Positions 12,428 through 24,400 of a DNA stretch of 64,000 bases are shown here, in pieces (position 1 is the stretch's first letter; each line of letters starts with the position of its first letter). The notes beneath the pieces were generated by a model that had not been told where the DNA came from, ran no database searches, and saw only the letters and a list, made by a program, of their open reading frames with translations. The stretch is from assembly GCA_002269645.1 (NCBI GenBank), contig NIVC01001200.1, positions 273,545 through 337,544 of the forward strand, read 5' to 3'. The position numbers and the translations under genes were made by a program. Source of the DNA: Macrostomum lignano (taxonomy: Eukaryota).

Positions 12428-15400
12428 ACGCGACTCGAGCCCTGGAGCTGCTTGAGCAGTACCAGACTCAGCTGAACGCGACCGAGGACGCTAAGCTGAG
12501 GGCCGCCATCGAGCGAGTCATTCGAATCTTCAAGTCCAAGCTGTTTAATGCTCTTGTCGGTGAGTGCAATAGTTACAGCTCATAACGGACTGAACTGTAT
12601 TTTGGGAACACAAACATCTCTAGCTGTGCAGTCTCAGTTCACCCCCACCGGCCCTAACACAGAAATTCAAGAGTTTTACGAGGTGACGCTGCTGGATGAG
12701 AACAAATCGTTGGAGCAGAAAGCGATGGAAACTCAGCGAGTTGCCGACCGATGGGCCGACGGGCCTCAGTCTGCGAATGGACCGACGAGGCAGCAGAAGG
12801 TGAGTCGCTTTTTGGCAAGCTGACGGAATAACCAGTGGCTGAGTCAGGCTATTCAGTGACTGGATAGCAGGCTATTCAGTGACTGGATAGCAGGCTATTC
12901 AGTGACTGGATAGCAGGCTGTTCAGTGACTGGATAACAGGCTATTCAGTGACAGGATAACAGGCTATTCAGTGACTGGATAACAGGCTATTCAGTGACAG
13001 GATAACAGGCTATTTAGTAACTAAAGTAAACAATCCAGTGCTGGAAAAAGTTGTAAGAGAAAGGTCTTTAAAATCTAGAGCCTTCTGAGCAGCTTTGGTA
13101 CTTACGTGGCACACTGTCAGGGCTGCAACACGCTATCGATCGGTCTAGCATTGATTTGCTTTTAGTGGGAAAAAAGTAAGACCTTTTTGTGTGCTTGCGT
13201 CTGCTGTACTCAAATTCTAAAACTCTTGCGTGAGTTGCCGCTACCGGCCAATTGGATTTGCTTTCCCATGCAGCCTCAAGCCGAACCGACTGCTCCGAAG
13301 GCCAACTAGTAGAGCACTCTTGGCACAATTCTCGGTGCACAATTAGCCATGGTAGTCGAGCCCGGGTGCAAACTCGATTTTGCTGAGCGCTCGCCGACTT
13401 CAAGTCATTGAGAATTCAATTTGCAGTCCTGTTTCTCTGTCTCTCTCCGGATGTCTTGCAGCCATTTCTGTTGAAATGTTTTCGGAACGAGAGTCGTAGA
13501 AGAAGCGGAGAAGAATTGCAGCAGTTTGATTGCAGGTGCGCTCACTTCTGCCGCTGTCCCGAAGCAGGCAGGCGCTCACACGGGGTGTAAAAAGCGGCTT
13601 TGACTATTTCCAAAGCAATCCGATATTTCTGACCCATGCAGGCTTGTTCGGCCCACCCTAACGACGGGAAGTCAGAATTCTGAAAGCTGGAACTGAGCCC
13701 AGGCTTAATTCCATAAATAAGTAGCCAAATATGTATGCAGAATAAAAAAGTTCAGCATCGTCTCAGAGATGATTCAAACTGCCTGCCTGCCATGCCATTA
13801 AGCTGATGCGATGTGACATGCTCAATACCCGCGGGAGTGCCGGGAAAATGGAAATGCAATTTTAGAGACTTACTTTCCTGTGGAGAGTGCATCTGGTCCA
13901 GAGATGGGACTAAGTTGTTCAGGCCTTGCCGGCTACTTACTACTTACTCTCCGGGCAAGTAGTTGCTGCGCAAAAAGCTGTCGATTTATGGTAGAAGGTA
14001 GAAGCTGAAGCACGAGTATTAAGGCCCTGAACAAAACCGGAATTTGAAGCGAGCGAAAAACAAGTCGGCTACCCTCGCGTGGAAAACTTTGCACGCACGT
14101 CCCCCGCTTTTTCTAGAAACCCGCCGCACCGTCATCTCCGCCGCCGCCACCGCCGGACTCGTCCGTCGGCGCCTTCGAGGTGGTGCTCCGTCGACTCGCC
14201 GGTCAGGGCTTCGGCTTCAGCATCGCTGGCGGAGTCGACGAGCCGCACCAGCCCGGCGACAGCCGCCTGTTCGTCACGAAGGTCGCGCCGGGTGGCGTAG
14301 CCGAATCCGACGGCCGGATGTCTGTCGGTGACGTCATTCTGGCCGTGAACGGCGTCGACGTCACCTCTGTGTCGCACGAGGCGGCCGTATCGGCGCTGAA
14401 GATGTCGGGCGCTCAGCTCAGTCTCCTCATGTTGAGGCCGCCGCCTCAGCCGCAGCCGGCTTTGAAACCGACAGCTGAAGCTGCGCCTCTGCCGGCTGAG
14501 CCGCCAGTTACCATGGAGACTGGCGCTGAGGCCAACGGAGGTACATTTCTACCTGCTTGAGTTTTTTAGCTGCTAATCCAGTAAATTCCAGGAATGTTTA
14601 TCTTAATGACTCGTCATGTCAGAGATTTACTTCTCGACTTCTCGAACTCACCTCGGACTCACCTCTCGGACTCACCTCCTCGGACTCACCTCTCGGACTC
14701 ACCTCTCGGACTCACCTCTCGGACTCACCTCTCGGACTCACCTCTCGGACTCACCTCTCGGACTCACCTCTCGGACTCACCTCTCGGACTCACCTCTCGG
14801 ACTCACCTCTCGGACTCACCTCTCGGACTCACCTCTCGGACTCACCTCTCGGACTCACCTCTCGGACTCACCTCTCGGACTCACCTCTCGGACTCACCTC
14901 TCGGACTCACCTCTCGGACTCACCTCTCGGACTCACCTCTCGGACTCACCTCTCGGACTCACCTCTCGGACTCACCTCTCGGACTCACCTCTCGGACTCA
15001 CCTCTCGGACTCACCTCTCGGACTCACCTCTCGGACTCACCTCTCGGACTCAACTCTCGGACTCACCTCTCGGACTCACCTCTCGGACTCACTATTGAAG
15101 CTTCTCCCACCCAATGCGTCTCCCGTGTTGCAGGCGGCGGCCCGCTGGAGGTGACGCTGTCCAAGACGGCCCGCGGCCTGGGCTTCAGCATCGCCGGCGG
15201 GACGGACAATCAGCACCTGCCTGGCGACGACTCGATCTTCGTCACGAAGGTGATCGACGGCGGCGCCGCGCAGCACAGTGGCCGCATCGGCTTCGGCGAC
15301 CGCCTACTGGCCGTTGACGGCCGCCCGTTGACCGCCTGCACCCACCAGGAGGCCGTGGCCACCCTCAAAGCCACCGGCGACCGGGTCCGCCTCACCGTTG

Positions 15401-18400
15401 GCAAGGCGACGCCCGAGGAGGTCGCCCTGCTCATTGAGCTGGATGAGGCTGCTCGGTTGGAGGAACAGGAGGCTGAAGCTGCGGCTGCTGGTGAGTTGCT
15501 GACTCATCTGTATGTGCTCAGCTATGGTTGCTGACTCATCTGTATGTGCTCAGCTATGGTTGCTGACTCATCTGTATGTGCTCAGCTATGGTTGCTGACT
15601 CATCTGTATGTGCTCAGCTATGGTTGCTGACTCATCTGTATGTGCTCAGCTATGGTCTCTGACTCATCTGTATTTGCTCAGCTATGGTTGCTGACTCATC
15701 TGTATGTGCTCAGCTATGGTTGCTGACTCACCTGTATGTGCTCAGCTATGGTTGCTGACTCATCTGTATGTGCTCAGCTATGGTTGCTGACTCATCTGTA
15801 TGTGCTCAGCTATGGTTGCTCACTCATCTGTATGTGCTCAGCTATGGTTGCTGACTCATCTGTATGTGCTCAGTTTTGGTTGCTGACTCACCTGTATGTG
15901 CTCAGCTATGGTTGCTGACTCATCTGTATGTGCTCAGCTATGGTTGCTGACTCATCTGTATGTGCTCAGCTATGGTCTCTGACTCACCTGTATGTGCTCA
16001 GCTATGGTTACTGACTCATCTGTATGTGCTCAGCTATGGTTGCTGACTCATCTGTATGTGCTCAGCTATGGTTGCTGACTCATCTGTATGTGCTCAGCTA
16101 TGGTTGCTGACTCATCTGTATGTGCTCAGCTATGGTTGCTGACTCATCTGTATGTGCTCAGCTATGGTCTCTGACTCATCTTTATGTGCTCAGCTATGGT
16201 TGCTGACTCACCTGTATGTGCTCAGCTATGGTCTCTGACTCATCTGTATGTGCTCAGCTATGGTTGCTGACTCACCTGTATGTGCTCAGCTATGGTTGCT
16301 GACTCACCTGTATGTGCTCAGCTATGGTTGCTGACTCACCTGTATGTGCTCAGCCAGTCTCTGATTGGTTGCTGGCTTACCATTGCCATTTTACTGTAAA
16401 GTACTTTTATGTCTTGCGGCATTTCGCACCCCTATTTAAAGAAGGGTCTTTTCACTCTACTCGTATCAGTAGTGCGAGGTGTGCAATTTCGTTGAGCTTC
16501 CATTCAAATTAGTTAATTTTCAACCAGATCTGTTTGTCAATTCATTCATATTGCGCTTAACTACTCGGTAGTAGTCAGTACAGATTTGCATATAAATAAA
16601 ATTTGGACGTTGCGTTTCGATTGGCGGAATTTGAAACTGTTGCTGAAGGTAAGCCCGAGTCCCGCTGGATCATAACCAGATTACTAGCTGCCTGTCGCAT
16701 TCATATTATTAGTGTTGCCGACACACCTACGGCAGAATGCTACACTGTCTCCTGAGTCTGCCTATAGACCTCACTGCGAGTAGCGCTCATGATTTAATAA
16801 CGGACCATAACTTCTCACTTTGCTCTTGAGTTCTTTTAGACCCCCCCCCAGGTTAATGTTTAATCAGCCCCATTCATTTGTACCTTTGGCTTTGAAAACA
16901 GACTGAGAGTTTCAAGCATTCTGAGTTGACATGCTTTGCGTTTCTTTTTGTCATTTCTCTCGCTCAGGCTGGGTCTGGGCGTGCGTCTCTCCACGCATTA
17001 CACTGAGTTTGACATTTTATTCTGCGTGTACAGATGGGTCAGCTGACCCAGCCAATAAGTTTGTACAAGTGGGTCAGCTGACCCAGCCAATAAGTCTGTA
17101 CAGATGGGTCAGCTGACCCAGCCAATAAGTCTGTACAAGTGGGTCAGCTGACCCAGCCAATAAGTCTGTACAAGTGGGTCAGCTGACCCAGCCAATAAGT
17201 CTGTACAGATGGGTCAGCTGACCCAGCCAATAAGTCTGTACAGATGGGTCAGCTGACCCAGCCAATAAGTCTGTACAGATGGGTCAGCTGACCCAGCCAA
17301 TAAGTCTGTACAGGTTGGTCAGCTGACCCAGTCAGTGTGTAGAAATTGGGTCAGCCATCTCCTGACCCAGTCAGAGTGTAGAGATTGGGTCAGCCATCTC
17401 CTGACCCAGTGAGTGTGTAGAGATTGGGTCAGCCATCTCCTGACCCAGTGAGTGTGTAGAGATTGGGTCAGCCATCTCCTGACCCAGTGAGTGTGTAGAG
17501 ATTGGGTCAGCCATCTCCTGACCCAGTGAGTGTGTAGAGATGGGGTCAGCCATCTCCTGACCCAGTGAGTGTGTAGAGATTGGGTCAGCCATCTCCTGAC
17601 CCAATCAGAGTGCGGAGCCTGGGTCAGCTGATCAGCAGATTCTGAGTTCATTGAGTATTCATTTATAAATGACATTGAGTCCGACAAGCTTCCGCTTTTT
17701 GTTCAGCAATGCTTGCATTACTAAATGCCCTTTGGATTTTGCTGATAGGCAATCGAAGCATTTATATTTTGAGTTATTTCTAATAATTTTAAGAGACTTT
17801 TCCTCAGAACTAAAATAATTTTGAGTTCTATCTACTTATTGCCTTTTCTGTTGGCTGACGAATGAGTACTTTATCAAATTCTTATTTTTAGCAATTTCCT
17901 CTAAGAAATTAATTTGATGCAGCGGCAGGATTCTGGACCCCCCAACCGCCCTCACTCACTGCAGGAGGGGCCGCTCGCGGACTGCCCGGCTCGACGAGAC
18001 CCAGCAGACCCGACGCTCAGCAAAGGCATGGTAAGTGACTGAGCTGCATGACCATACCCTGACTGAGCTGCATGACCATACCCTGACTGAGCTGCATGAC
18101 CATACCCTGACTGAGCTGCATGACCATACCCTGACTGAGCTGCATGACCATACCCTGACTGAGCTGCATGACCATACCCTGACTGAGCTGCATGACCATA
18201 CCCTGACTGAGCTGCATGACCATACCCTGACTGAGCTGCATGACCATACCCTGACTGAGCTGCATGACCATACCCTGACTGAGCTGCATAACCATACCCT
18301 GACTGAGCTGCATGACCATACCCTGACTGAGCTGCATGACCATACCCTGACTGAGCTGCATGACCAAAATCTGACTGAATTCATGACCATAATCTGACTG

Positions 18401-21400
18401 AATTTATAAAAAAATCTAACTAAACCCATGACCATAATCTGACTGAATTGATGACCATAATCTGAATAAATCCATGACCATAATCTGACTGAATCCTTGA
18501 TCTGCGCGTACCATGACAATACACGCAGAGCTGACTGAATCTATGACAATAATCTGATGATATTCGCAGTCATGAGGTCACAATGCAGTCATGAGGTCAC
18601 AATGCAGTCATGAGGTCACAATGCAGTCATGAGGTCACAATGCAGTCATGAGGTCACAATGCAGTCATGAGGTCACAATGCAGTCATGAGGTCACAATGC
18701 AGTCATGAGGTCACAATGCAGTCATGAGGTCACAATGCAGTCATGAGGTCACAATGCAGTCATGAGGTCACAATGCAGTCATGAGGTCACAATGCAGTCA
18801 TGAGGTCACAATGCAGTCATGAGGTCACAATGCAGTCATGAGGTCACAATGCAGTCATGAGGTCACAATGCAGTCATGAGGTCACAATGCAGTCATGAGG
18901 TCACAATGCAGTCATGAGGTCACAATGCAGTCATGAGGTCACAATGCAGTCATGAGGTCACAATGCAGTCATGAGGTCACAATGCAGTCATGAGGTCACA
19001 ATGCAGTCATGAGGTCACAATGCAGTCATGAGGTCACAATGCAGTCATGAGGTCACAATGCAGTCATGAGGTCACAATGCAGTCATGAGGTCACAATGCA
19101 GTCATGAGGTCACAATGCAGTCATGAGGTCACAATGCAGTCATGAGGTCACAATGCAGTCATGAGGTCACAATACAGTCATGAGGTCACAATGCAGTCAT
19201 GAGGTCACAATGCAGTCATGAGGCCACAATGCAGTCATGAGGTCACAATGCAGTCATGAGGTCACAATGCAGTCATGAGGTCACAATGCAGTCATGAGGT
19301 CACAATGCAGTCATGAGGTCACAATGCAGTCATGAGGTCACAATGCAGTCATAAGGTCGCAATGCAGTCATGAGGTCACAATGCAGTCATGAGGTCACAA
19401 TGCAGTCATGAGGTCACAATGCAGTCATGAGGTCACAATACAGTCATGAGGTCACAATGCAGTCATAAGGTCACAATGCAGTCATGAGGTCACAATGCAG
19501 TCATGAGGTCACAATGCATCCGCCCCTCCACCCGCAGCGGGATTTCAAGGTCCGGCCGACGGCGCCCCGAGCAGCAGCAAGAAGTCCAAAGGACTCGGCG
19601 GCCTGTTTGGCGGCGGCAAGAAGAAATGAAAACAAATTGTGCTCCTTGCTGCTTCAAGAAGAGACAGAGCGCCTCTTCCCGTGTCTCGGCAATGCCTTGT
19701 ACTTTTTTGGATCGGCTTAACCAGTGAAATTTGCTGAGTTTTAAATCTCTGAGGTGTTACTAAATTAGTAGTGCCGCTGTCACTTGTCGCTCCTGTCACT
19801 AGTCACCGAACCGTTAAAAACATTGATCACTCACCATTAATCATTATTTACACATCAACAGTTTCGCCCCCATGACCGAAAGTTTTTGTTTTACCGAGAA
19901 TACCCAATCTTTACATTGCATTGTCGCAGCTGGTCAATTGGACATTCCCAGTTTATTCTCTCAATAAACTGTAGCGTTTTAGACAATATACTTGCGATCG
20001 TGTGATAATGATAGCTTAGTTTTACGTTTTCCTCAACCAATTTCAAAGTGCACAATATACTTTGAAAAAATTCGGTCTCGAGTTCTCCCCATCAGTACTC
20101 GGTGGTCCGCGCCAGTTATTTTTGCAATCGGGAGCGGCCCGTGGAAGCAAAATCCGGTCTGGCGCAGCTGGCCAAGGCAGCGCTGCCGAAATCCCCCTCC
20201 CCGCCCAGCGCAGCTTTGACTCTGATGGCAGCTAAGGGGATTTCGCGCCTGAGAAATGCATAGGGGATCGGCAGTGCTGCACTCTGTTGTGTCCCCACAC
20301 TCGCTGGCCCTGTAATCACTGCTCTCACTGATGCTGCCGCGTCTCCCCCCCCCCCAACTCGCTGTGTTTTTTGCTCCGCAGCCGTGCTCATTCATTCCTT
20401 CATCGGCCCCGGGGGGGGGGGGCTGTGACAGACTGCATGGCTGACTGGCTGGCTGGCTCGGTTTCAATCAGGCAGCGCAGATGAAGCAGAGAGGCTGCTG
20501 CAGCTCTGCCATCGGATATAATTTCAATCCGGTCCGCAGCGCCATGCGCGGTAATTACTCGAGGAGGGGGGAGGCTGATGAGGCGCACCACGCACACGCG
20601 CACTGCGCCGGCTTGGGTTCCCATCGGGTCGGCTTCTCCTCTTCCCGGCCTGCTGCTGGTGTGCGGTTTCCGAGGGCTGCGGGCCCGCGCGGTTCATCGG
20701 CTGCGGACAATGCGGAAGCGATCTGGGGGATTCTGCTCCCCCATTCAAATCTGCCGGTGCAGCTTTCTGCTCTGCTGAGCAGCTCATCAGCTCCGCGTGT
20801 TGCAGAATTCGCTTATAGAGCTTGTATAGGCATGTCAGCGTGACGGATGGCGTTCTGTCTTTAGGTTTGTGTAGGCATGTCAGGGTGACGGATGGCGTGC
20901 TGTCTTCAGGTTTGTGTAGGCATGTCAGGGTGACGGATGGCGTGCTGTCTTCAGGTTTGTGTAGGCATGTCAGGGTGACGGATGGCGTGCTGTCTTCAGG
21001 TTTGTGTAGGCGTGTCAGGGTGACGGATGGCGTGCTGTCTTCAGGTTTGTGAAGTCATGTCATTGTGACCTACCGTACATGTATTCTTTGACGCTTTTGT
21101 TTCATCTTACTAATCATAGAAAGATTTATTAGACTGTGTAAGTCAGGAGTTCAGATGAGTTGTTACCTACAGCTAACAACAAACTTTCGAATTTGGGACC
21201 TGAGGGGTTGCTGGAATCTCAGCAGCTTATAGAAGCGCTGCTACCAGGTAGAAGCGTCTGATAGAAGCTTCAGTAAGCAGCTGACAGAGGTGAGGACTCT
21301 GAGCCACTGGGCACGCGCAGAGTTTCTCATACACTTCTTAACTCGGCGTGTTAGCTCAGCTCAGCCCACCGCCCCTGTAGGACTCAGCTAAGCACCCAAG

Positions 21401-24400
21401 GTGAGCCGTGGTGAGGCGGCGGTAAAAGTCCCGCACTGACTGGCCCCGGCCTCAGTGGGGGAGCAGCTCCCCCTTAATCCCGAGCAGGCCATAAGTGGAA
21501 TTGGGCATTTCACTTTTTACACTTTTATGACCTGCGATTGCCTTCTGCGGCCTTCTACGCTGCCCCCCCGGCCCCGCGTGTGGGACTTCGCGGCAAGGCC
21601 TGGATGCCCGCAGCTGCCTCCTCCCTCGCTTATCTTCCTACGGTTGTCTTTCCCCCTCCAGTCGGGGCTAAATTTATCCCTGAAACAGCTTCCTACCGCT
21701 TGTACTCCCATCGATCCCTGATCCCCTGGGGAAGTTCCGGGTGGCAACTCGAACGCCTGTCTGCCTGCCAGGCCGCCACGAAGAAGCTGAAAATAAACAG
21801 AAGCTGCAGCGCGACCCCGCCGCTCACCTGGCGCCTTCCAGCGCATCTTTCAGTTGAAACCTCTGCTTTTTGGAAGCAATTTTAGAGAGCCAAAGCGCCG
21901 CAAGCTAACGCTGCCTCTCTCTGCCCCCCTCTGCACTCTCGCTGAACAGCTTCGAGTGGCTCAGCGCGCGGCAGCCTTCGACAGTCGCGACCGCGGCAGC
22001 GTCGACTGCGTCAGCGGCGGCACTCGCTGTCGGCTGTTGGAGAGGCGCACTTGGACGGCGAACTGAACGGTTGGACTAGGTGAGTAACGGCAGATGTGTG
22101 AATTAAAAATCTAGGTCTGTGAATGAGCAATGCAGATGTGTGAATGAGGACTTCAGATGTGTGAATGAGAAGTTCAGATGTGTGAATGAGAAGTTCGGAT
22201 GTGTTAATGAGGAATTTAGATGTGTGAATGACTATTTCAGATGTGTGAAGGAGGAAATTAGATGTGTGAAGGAGGAAATTAGATGTGTGAAGGAGGAGTT
22301 CAGATGTGTGAATGAGAAGTTCAGATGTGTGAATGAGGAGTTCTGATATGTGCATGAAGAATTCAGATGTGTGAATTAGGAATTCAGATGCGTGAATGAG
22401 GAATTCAGATGTGTGAATGAGGAATTCAGGTGCGTGAATGAAGAGTACAGATGTGTGAATGAGGGAATGCTAATAATAAACACAGCCAGAGACAAGAAAA
22501 GCCACATAATAGAGGCCAATAGGCAATATGGGTGATGGCCAATGGTCCAGTTTCCAAGCCAGAGCACTCATTATTCAAGAAATTTCAACTCTTTCATTCC
22601 GAATCGCGGAAGTCATTCGATCTGCGCCTTGCGATTTTCTCCGGCGGTCAATGCGGCCGGTCTGCCTCCCCCGGGACCGTCGGTGGACCGGCCGAAGTCT
22701 CCCACGGCAGGATGCGTACTGGAATTCTTTCAAGTCGCCGGCCTCCCATTTCCCCTCACTAAAAGGTCCGGGTCAGAGATCCGCAATGCCTATTTGCTAT
22801 TCAAAGCGGCCTCAAATCTCCCTTAACTCCCGTCGGACTCAAACCGGCAACCTACCAACGCGAGTCTGGGGTTCGAATCTTGGTCCAACTTCTTCCTGGC
22901 CTCCTCCGTTGCCCCCCCCCCAGACTCTCCGCTCGTTTTTCGGTCGACTTGCCGCCACGCATCGCTGACTCAAATCTGCTCAGCCTGCCCAGGCCTGAGC
23001 GCTGCGGCAGCCTCGGCCAAGCAGCATGCAGGAGCCGGACTTCCTGCCCCTCAGCTGCCTGACAGGGGACTCTCCCCTCTCCCCCTCTCCTTCTCTCTCC
23101 CTCTCTCCCTCTCTCCCTGTCTGCCTCTATCTCCCTCTCCCCCTCTCGCCCTCTCCCTCTCTTCCCCTCTCCCTCTCTCCCCATCTCCCTCTCACCCTCT
23201 CTCCCTCTCTCCCCCTCTCCCTCTCTCCCCCTCTCCCTCTCTCCCCATCTCCCTCTCTCCGCCTCCACCTCTCCCCCTCTCCCTCTCTCCCCCTCTCCCT
23301 CTCTCCCCCTCTCCCTCTCTCCCTCTCTCCCTCTCCTCCTCTGCCCCTCTCCCTCTCTCCCTCTCTAATTCTCTCCTTCTCTCTCCCCGCCTCTCCCTAT
23401 CTCTCTCTACCTCTCTCCGCTCGGTGTCTCCTACCTACCTCTCTGAAGCATCCTCTCACTCTTTCCCAATCTCTCCACTCTCCACTTCTCATTCTCACCC
23501 TGGATCTCCCTCTCCCGGTATCAATTTCCTTGCCCTCCGTGCCCCCCTCTCCCCTCCCTCCACCCCGCTAGCCCGGTGCCCCCCAGCAGCAGCCGCTGAC
23601 CCCAGCAGCAGGAAGTCGCAAGGCGCTGCCGCGGTCTTGGTGGGACTCGAGCAGCGGTGGCCGAGAGTGCAGCGGCGGCCGCGGTCACCGTCCGCCTGCC
23701 TCTGCCATTCCCTCTCGCTTCCCAGCTCCTCTCCGCCTCGCCACTTCCCACTGGCTCTCCCCGAGCTGCCATGGGGATTTACGCGCCCTCTTCTCCCTTC
23801 CTGCCCTCGCCCCTCTGCCCCGCTACCGAAGGCCACACTTTCCCCGCCCCTTCTGCCAGTAAATATATAGAGGCTGCGGCCGAGGGCAGGCAGAGAGGAA
23901 GAAGAGGCCCAAGCCCCTCCCGTGCCGCAGCCGCATCCGCCGCAGTTTCCAAGCCCCATCGCCCCGAAACTGCTTGTTCCTCTTTGAACTGGCGGCCTGC
24001 AGCAGACAGCAAGAAGCAAGCGGAACGCAAGAAAAGTTTCTTTCTGCATCGCTGCCCCCAGGCGAAGCCAAGCCGTAGAATAAAGGAGACGCTTCCCCTT
24101 TTCCCCGCCGGCGCCGAGGCCTCCCCCGCATAGCAGCGGCACGCTAAACAGTTTATCCCTGCTCAGCGACTGAGCACTGCCTGCCCTACAAGAGGTGAGT
24201 TGAGCTGCCGCGCACTTCTGACCGATTAGCCATGCCTACAGGGCCCTCAGCTCAGAGCGGTGGCTCAATTTTCTTAATTAAATGGAAGCATTGCTTTTGC
24301 GAGCCTTCATCGCCTGAGCCAGCATGCAGTGTCTTCCGCTGGGCTTCTGTAGGTGGAACTTTCCAATTTGAAAAAATGGGCCGCTTATTTACCAACCCTG

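Noticed and set aside
14557-15154. SDSPLGLTSRTHL repeats apparently fused to PDZ2
   Set aside because: The 13-bp array lies inside a phase-compatible intron (14541-15133); the fusion is intron read-through.
20481-20843. MKQRGCCSS ORF as a palmitoylated alternative DLG N-terminus
   Set aside because: No convincing phase-compatible GT donor found before its stop codon.
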